Assembly: GCA_048624115.1 (NCBI GenBank)
Contig: JBMCTC010000003.1
Span: forward strand, 1 to 33,430
DNA from: Spirochaetota bacterium
Lineage (GTDB): Bacteria > Spirochaetota > Spirochaetia > DSM-27196 > SLST01
DNA: 33,430 bases
Direction: 5' to 3'
Each line of letters starts with the position of its first letter. The stretch's first letter is position 1. A program made the position numbers and the translations under genes. Positions 26,657-33,430 of this stretch are shown in pieces. The notes under the pieces are model-generated. The model was given only the letters and a program-made list of their open reading frames with translations, had not been told where the DNA came from and made no database searches.

Positions 26657-27745
26657 CTAATCGACGTAGAGCCGGACGAGCTTCTTTCCCTCCGCATCGC
26701 GAAACGGGTTTGCTTGGTGCTTGAGAAAATCGCGGTACACCTTACAGGCTCGGTAATAGCCCTCGGGTCCACGGTAGGTTGACTCGAGGTCGCAGCGATA
26801 GAGTTCGAGAAGCAGCGGGAAGAGTCGGTGGGACATGAGTCGTTCGGTCCGGAAGGTCGGGAGCTTGTGGATTGCACCGGGGAACATGTGCTTCTGAACC
26901 AACCAGTAGACATCGTCAATAAGAGGCTGCTCAAAGCCGAGCCGTCGAAGGACGCGCGAGGCAAGCTTTGCCCCGATCTCGGCATGGTTGTGAAAGCGTC
27001 GGCCCTCCTTTGGAACCGCCGAAGGCTTGCCGGAGTCGTGAAAGAGCAATGCGAGCGTGAGCGTGAGATCCGCGCTTCGACGGTAACGGAATGTTTCGAG
27101 CGAATGGGTCCAAACATCGCCCTCGGGATGATGCTCCTTCGAGTGTCCCGTCCCGACCATGGGGACGAGTTCGGGAAGGTATGCCTCTACGAATCCGTGT
27201 CGCCGCAGGAACTCTGTTCCTCTGTCCGCGGAGCGTCCGGTGAGGACGCTGGTCAACACCATGCGAAGTGTCTCGTCCGGCAGCTCCGGAAAGAGTGGCA
27301 CAGCCGCAGGCGCGGTGGCGAGCTCGTGGGGGTATCGAGCGATTGCAATGGCTCCGTCAAAGAGTCGATGTAACGGTGAGTAGGCTTCAGCCGTCGGCAG
27401 AAGCCGCTTCGCTCTCAACGCGCGGTAGTCGTCGTACGGATCAAGATAGCGCTTTCCCGCCGGATCGTAATGCAGGTTGAGGATCGAGTAGCTCTGCACC
27501 GCGGGTTTGCCTCCGGGTTCAACACACCGAAAGTAGATCCGTCTGCCCTCGCTCCAGGTGGCCGCGTCAGCGTTGTACACCCCGGGAAAATCGAGCTGGG
27601 CAACGTTTTTCGCGAGGGTGACCAGATCACCCTCGACGGCGACGAAACTAAGGTGCGGGTTATCGATTCCGAAGTACCGGTCGAGTGCAGAAAACGAGGC
27701 GTAGTACCATCTTGCCGACTCTTCGAGCTCCTGCAACGCCTTCAT
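26657..27745 (-). CDS. HD-domain protein related to CCA-adding enzyme / poly(A) polymerase, with degenerate nucleotidyltransferase head
   Basis: YLDPYDDYRAL, GFVEAYLPEL, HHPEGDVWTHS, ALLFHDSGK, FHNHAEIGA, WLVQKHM. Start is uncertain; ATG 27745 chosen. Confidence 0.8.
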   Translation of the reverse strand: MKALQELEESARWYYASFSALDRYFGIDNPHLSFVAVEGDLVTLAKNVAQLDFPGVYNADAATWSEGRRIYFRCVEPGGKPAVQSYSILNLHYDPAGKRYLDPYDDYRALRAKRLLPTAEAYSPLHRLFDGAIAIARYPHELATAPAAVPLFPELPDETLRMVLTSVLTGRSADRGTEFLRRHGFVEAYLPELVPMVGTGHSKEHHPEGDVWTHSLETFRYRRSADLTLTLALLFHDSGKPSAVPKEGRRFHNHAEIGAKLASRVLRRLGFEQPLIDDVYWLVQKHMFPGAIHKLPTFRTERLMSHRLFPLLLELYRCDLESTYRGPEGYYRACKVYRDFLKHQANPFRDAEGKKLVRLYVD

Positions 27746-27810
27746 GATGGCCAAAGGTATAGATCCTGCTGTAGCGTGTCCAATCGACCGGCTTTGGGGT
27801 AGAGTGGCGT

Positions 27811-28875
27811 ATGTCACTCACGCTCAGGATGCCTGACGACTTTCACGTTCACCTTCGGCAGGGCGAGATGATCGCCCCGGTCATGGCCGAAACCGCGCCC
27901 TGGTTTGGTCGGATCCTGGTAATGCCAAACGTGGAGCCGCCCATTTACTCCGCCGAACGCCTTCTTGAGTATCGGCGGGAAATCGAGGTTGCCGCCTCTC
28001 GAGTGATCGGCGCCTCGCCGCAGCCCGAGCTTCTCATGACGTTCAAAGTCTCACCCGCGATCCCGGTGGTCGAGGTGCAACGACTCCGTGAAGCCGGAGC
28101 GATCGGTGGGAAGCTCTACCCTCGGGGCGTGACGACGAACTCAGCCGATGGGGTAGAGGAGATCGACGCGCTTTACCCGCTTTTCGAGGCGATGGAGGAG
28201 CATGACCTCGTCCTCGAGATTCACGCCGAAGAGCCGGGGGCGTTCTCGCTCGATCGTGAGGCAGCCTACATGCCGACGATTTCGCGGCTTGCGCGCGACT
28301 TCCCCGAGCTCCGCATTGTCGTCGAGCACGTGAGCAGTAAAGCGGCCGTAGAGGCCGTGCGCGCCTGCCCCGCAAACGTAGCCGCGACCGTCACACTTCA
28401 CCATCTCATGCTGACGCTCGACGACGTTGTCGGCGACTGCCTGCAGCCCCATCACTTCTGTAAGCCGATAGCAAAACGTCCCGAGGATCTCGAGGCCATT
28501 CGCGAAGCGGTACTCGGCGGCGATCCGAGATTCTTCTTCGGATCCGATAGCGCGCCACATCCAAGGGACGCGAAAGAATCGGCCTGCGGATGTGCCGGAA
28601 TCTACACCGCCCCAGTTGCTCTCCCGCTCTTGGTCGAGCTCTTCGAGGCGGCCGGCGTCGCCCTAACCGAGGCCGAGGCGGATACCGGGCCAAATCCAAC
28701 CTCACGCCCCTCGCTCGAGCGGTTCACCTCGCGTCTCGGAGCGGAGTTCTATCGCTTGCCGCTTCCCGAGCGGTCCGTTACGCTTGCAGAGATACCGTGG
28801 ACCGTTCCGGCGAGCTACGCCGGTGTTGTGCCCTACTATGCAGGCGCGACGCTTCGATACACACGGTCGGATTAG
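27811..28875 (+). CDS. pyrC: Dihydroorotase (homodimeric, E. coli-type)
   Basis: DFHVHLRQG, VMPN, KLYPRGVTTNS, IHAE, EHVSS, HHL, CKPIAK, GSDSAPH. Confidence 0.95.
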   Translation: MSLTLRMPDDFHVHLRQGEMIAPVMAETAPWFGRILVMPNVEPPIYSAERLLEYRREIEVAASRVIGASPQPELLMTFKVSPAIPVVEVQRLREAGAIGGKLYPRGVTTNSADGVEEIDALYPLFEAMEEHDLVLEIHAEEPGAFSLDREAAYMPTISRLARDFPELRIVVEHVSSKAAVEAVRACPANVAATVTLHHLMLTLDDVVGDCLQPHHFCKPIAKRPEDLEAIREAVLGGDPRFFFGSDSAPHPRDAKESACGCAGIYTAPVALPLLVELFEAAGVALTEAEADTGPNPTSRPSLERFTSRLGAEFYRLPLPERSVTLAEIPWTVPASYAGVVPYYAGATLRYTRSD

Positions 28876-28895
28876 CCGCACAGGAGAGCGAGAGC

Positions 28896-30029
28896 ATGAG
28901 CATTGAGGAGATCGTAGAGCTGTCTCGAGCCTACGGAAGCGATCCCGACTGGGTTTTGGCAGGGGGAGGAAACACGTCCTTCAAGGACGACGCCTCGCTG
29001 TATGTAAAGGCCTCCGGGTTCGCCCTGGCTACCATCGAGCCGCATGGATTTGCGAGGATGGACCGCGCCGCGCTTGATCGGATTTGGACGGTCACCTATC
29101 CAAATGAGGTCGGGGCTCGCGAGAGCGCAGCCCTCGCCGATCTCATGGCTGCCCGGGCCGAGGGTGAGGATAAGCGACCGAGTGTCGAGACGCTCATGCA
29201 CGAGCTCATTCCCTTCCCGCTTGTCGTGCACACGCACCCCGCTCTCGTAAACGGAGTCACATGTTCGCAGGAGGGTGAAGAGGCTGCCGCCCGGATCTTT
29301 GGGGATGATGTGCTCTGGATTCCTGCTATCGAACCAGGGTATGTGCTGGCGGTCGCCATGAAGCGCGCTGTGGAGGCGTACCGGGAGCGCGTTGGAAAGG
29401 CCCCCCAGATCATACTGCTTCAGAACCACGGCCTCGTGATTGCCGGCGAGAGCGTGGCCGAGATCGAACACCTGCACGATACGGTAGCTCGTCTCATACA
29501 GGAACACATCGCGCGGACGCCTGAGCTCGGTTCCGTGCCGGTCGATTCGGACGCGCGAGACGGGTGGCACAGTCGAATCGAGCAGGCGTTTCGCAGCGTT
29601 GGCGAGGGCGGATACGAGATCGTCTTTGATGCTTCCGGCGAGGTAAGTCGAAGGGTTGCCTCTCGCGATGCTTTTGCGCCGGTAGATGGCGCGTTTACTC
29701 CCGATCACATCGTCTATGCGGGGGAGAGGCCGCTCTTTATTCCTGCGGATACGGGTGTTGATGAGCTTGCCACACTGCTCGAAGAGCATCGTGCAGCGAC
29801 GGGAGCACTTCCGCATATTGTCGCGGTGGAACGCCTCGGCGTATTTGCGCTTGGCGACACCCTTGCCTCCGCAGACGTCGCGTTGCGTCTCTTTCTCGAC
29901 GAGGTCAAAATTGCGGCGTATGCGGAGGGTTTTGGCGGGGCTCGCCACCTCGACGACCATCTCGTTGCCTTTATCAAGGGGTGGGAGGTCGAACGGTATC
30001 GCAAAAAAACGAGTACAGGAGGAGTATGA
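28896..30029 (+). CDS. Class II aldolase/adducin-family protein (rhamnulose-1-phosphate aldolase-like)
   Basis: GGGNTSFK, VKASG, RPSVETLMH, HTHP, LQNHG, FTPDH; ATG 28896. Confidence 0.85.
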   Translation: MSIEEIVELSRAYGSDPDWVLAGGGNTSFKDDASLYVKASGFALATIEPHGFARMDRAALDRIWTVTYPNEVGARESAALADLMAARAEGEDKRPSVETLMHELIPFPLVVHTHPALVNGVTCSQEGEEAAARIFGDDVLWIPAIEPGYVLAVAMKRAVEAYRERVGKAPQIILLQNHGLVIAGESVAEIEHLHDTVARLIQEHIARTPELGSVPVDSDARDGWHSRIEQAFRSVGEGGYEIVFDASGEVSRRVASRDAFAPVDGAFTPDHIVYAGERPLFIPADTGVDELATLLEEHRAATGALPHIVAVERLGVFALGDTLASADVALRLFLDEVKIAAYAEGFGGARHLDDHLVAFIKGWEVERYRKKTSTGGV

Positions 30030-31549
30030 TGTCGGAACAGAGGGATCGGTTTGTAGCCGTTATCGATATTGGCAAGACGAACAAGAAGGTTCACATCTAC
30101 ACCCCGGAGCTCGAACTCGTAGACAGTCGTTCTACGACCATGGAGAGCGACGTTCGCGATGGGATTCCTTGGGTCGACTCGCAGGCGCTCGAGACGTGGC
30201 TTCTCGATACGTTGTCGGCGCTCAGTGGCCGCTACGAGATTGCAGCGATCTCGGTTGCCACCCACGGCGCAACGTTCGCCTGTGTAGATGCACAGGGCGA
30301 GCTGTCGATCCCGATCATCGACTACACGCACGAGCCTGGTGAGGCGTTCCATCGCGAGTTCTATGCAATGGCCGGCGACCCGATCCAGCTCCAAAAGGAT
30401 ACGGCAACGCTCGTCCTCGGCGCGCTTATCAACATCGCCCAAGGCGTGAAGTTTCTCAAAGAGTACGCCCCGGCCGAGTTTGCCAAGACAAGGCACATCT
30501 TGTTTTATCCGCAGTATTTCGGGTTTCGACTCACCGGAAACGTCGGGGCTGACTACACCTACGCCGGATGCCACACCTACCTCTACGATCTCGAACATGA
30601 GCGCTATAGCGAGGTTGCCGAGAAGCTCGGCATTCGCGAGCTCTTGCCGAACGAGATAAAGCGACCAAATGAGGTCCTCGGCAGAATCGATCCCGACATT
30701 GCCGCACGAACCGGCTTGAGCCCGGAAACGGTGGTCACCCTCGGTATTCACGACTCAAACGCCTCGCTCATCCCGTATCTCATCAAGCGACCGGGAGAAG
30801 ACCTCATCGTCAACTCGACCGGCACATGGTGTGTTGCAATGCACCCTGAACAGAGTGTTCGCTTTGACGAAGACGAACTCGGAAAAGCCGTGTTCTACAA
30901 CATGAACGCCTTTGCGAAGCCGGTGAAGACCTCGATCCTCATGGGTGGTCTCGAGTTCGAAACCTACACAGCGATCCTTCGCGAACGGTTCGGCCTCCGG
31001 CAGTTTCCCGCGTTTGACCCGGACCTCTATCGGAGCATTCTCAAGGAGCGTGCGGAGTTTATCCTTCCTGCAGTCGTGCAGGGCACCGGCCAGTTCCCAG
31101 ACTCAGAGGCGCGCATCCTCGATCACGGAACCGTGTTCTCTCTCGAGAGCGTCTCCTCAGGGGGCGCCGTGCCCGAACTCTTCTCGAACACCCGGCGAGC
31201 GTACGCAGTGCTGAACCTGAGTCTGGCGGTTCAGACCGTGATTGCGCTCGAGCGGGTCGGCCTCAAGCAAGGCGTTACCGTCTATACGGAAGGCGGTTTC
31301 CGCAACAACGAGGACTACAACATTCTCTTAGCAGCACTTGTTCCCAAGGCGACGTTTGTGCTCAGTGGGATGCCCGAAGCAACCAGCTTTGGCGCGGCGC
31401 TCGTTGGCTGGTCGGCCGTCGAAGGGGTGAGCCTGCCGGATTTGGCGCCACGTTTCACGCTCGAGCAAGAGGCGGTCCGCGAGGTCGAGTTGCCCGGAAT
31501 CGGGGAATATCAAAATGCATTTATGGATCAGCTCGTCGCTTATCATTAG
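30026..31549 (+). CDS. FGGY-family carbohydrate kinase (rhamnulokinase/fuculokinase-like)
   Basis: DIGKTNKK, THGA, YPQY, GCHT, GIHDSNASL, NSTGTW, EGGF; ATGA overlap behind AGGAGG. Confidence 0.88.
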   Translation: MMSEQRDRFVAVIDIGKTNKKVHIYTPELELVDSRSTTMESDVRDGIPWVDSQALETWLLDTLSALSGRYEIAAISVATHGATFACVDAQGELSIPIIDYTHEPGEAFHREFYAMAGDPIQLQKDTATLVLGALINIAQGVKFLKEYAPAEFAKTRHILFYPQYFGFRLTGNVGADYTYAGCHTYLYDLEHERYSEVAEKLGIRELLPNEIKRPNEVLGRIDPDIAARTGLSPETVVTLGIHDSNASLIPYLIKRPGEDLIVNSTGTWCVAMHPEQSVRFDEDELGKAVFYNMNAFAKPVKTSILMGGLEFETYTAILRERFGLRQFPAFDPDLYRSILKERAEFILPAVVQGTGQFPDSEARILDHGTVFSLESVSSGGAVPELFSNTRRAYAVLNLSLAVQTVIALERVGLKQGVTVYTEGGFRNNEDYNILLAALVPKATFVLSGMPEATSFGAALVGWSAVEGVSLPDLAPRFTLEQEAVREVELPGIGEYQNAFMDQLVAYH

Positions 31550-31583
31550 ATTGAGCTGCTAACTATTCGCATCGGGGGAAGCT

Positions 31584-32332
31584 ATGACAATCATACCTGC
31601 AATCGACATCCTCGGCGGCGAGTGCGTGCGGCTTGTACGGGGTGAGTACGACGAGGCGACGGTGTACGAGAAGGATCCGGTCGTCATGGCTCGTAAGTTT
31701 GCCGAAGCCGGTGCGAAACGCATCCATGTTGTCGATTTGGACGCCGCGCGCGGTGATAGTCGAACCAACCGCAAAAAGATTCGAAAGATCCGTCGAGCTG
31801 TAGACGCGACGATCCAGCTTGGCGGTGGGATTCGTCGCGACGAGGATATCGAAGAGCTCCTCGACCTGGGAATCGATCGACTTATCGTCGGTACCTCGTT
31901 TGCCCGTCGGCCTGAAAACGTCGCGGGTTGGGTTGCGCACTACGGTGATGTCTTTCTCGTCGGGCTCGATGCAAAGGACGGCAAGATTCGAATCTCAGGG
32001 TGGGAACGCGAAACACAGCACACAGATATCGACCTGGCCAAAAGGGCGGCCGAGGCAAAGGTCTCCGGCATTATATACACGAGCATCGATCGAGACGGCA
32101 CAATGGAAGGACCCGACATCGAGCGGACCAATCTCATTGCAGAGAGCGCTGGTATCCCGGTCATAATCAGTGGCGGCGTTGGCAAGGCCGAGGACCTCGC
32201 GGAGATCAAGGAAAAGGCTGGAAAGAACGTTGTTGGTGTAATCGTTGGCAAAGCAATCTACGAGGGCGCAATTCCGCTCGAGGGATTGTTCGCCGATCCG
32301 ATTGCCGCCGGCGCCGACGTGATGGAGTGGTA

Positions 32333-32333
<1 letters not shown>
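31584..32333 (+). CDS. hisA: ProFAR isomerase (phosphoribosylformimino-AICAR-P isomerase)
   Basis: IPAIDILGGECVRL, HVVDLDAA, QLGGGIR, YTSIDRDG, ISGGV, VGKAIYEG. Confidence 0.96.
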
Positions 32334-33429
<1,096 letters not shown>

Positions 33430-33430
33430 C

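Noticed and set aside
32000-32332. Long upstream extensions of ORF-track calls (hisE from 32000, aldolase from 28590, coaX from 25694, pspA from 14019, AK from 23066)
   Set aside because: They overlap upstream genes; homology motifs and RBS placement support the later starts.

Overview
A gene-dense, GC-rich bacterial chromosomal segment with about 33 CDS. I saw no rRNA, tRNA, CRISPR array, transposase or phage genes. The gene set and order suggest a free-living spirochaete (class Spirochaetia); this is inferred from lgt / FapA(DUF342) / FlhG-like ATPase divergent from ctpA-rsmE, a STAS-zinc-ribbon protein, a CesT-like gene next to pspA, and a Cys->Asp MurA. Content is mostly housekeeping: envelope functions (GT4, lgt, ctpA, WecB/TagA-like GT, murA), stress and regulation (atypical sigma54 activator, STAS protein, CesT-like/PspA/wHTH operon, ECF sigma/anti-sigma/YbjQ operon, J-domain protein) and metabolism (aspartate kinase-thrC-coaX, pyrC, class II aldolase + FGGY kinase, hisA-hisE, partial leuB). 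I cannot demonstrate a clearly new multi-gene system. The best leads are: (i) an origin-like cluster of tandem DnaA boxes around an AT-rich spacer at 15.6-15.9 kb, with no dnaA in the window; (ii) an HTH-less sigma54 activator lacking its phospho-acceptor Asp; (iii) a CesT-like/PspA (Vipp1-like tail)/pseudo-response-regulator operon; (iv) a LptF/LptG-topology membrane pair coupled to a DjlA-like co-chaperone; (v) several proteins with degenerate catalytic motifs; and (vi) repeated leaderless-promoter architecture.
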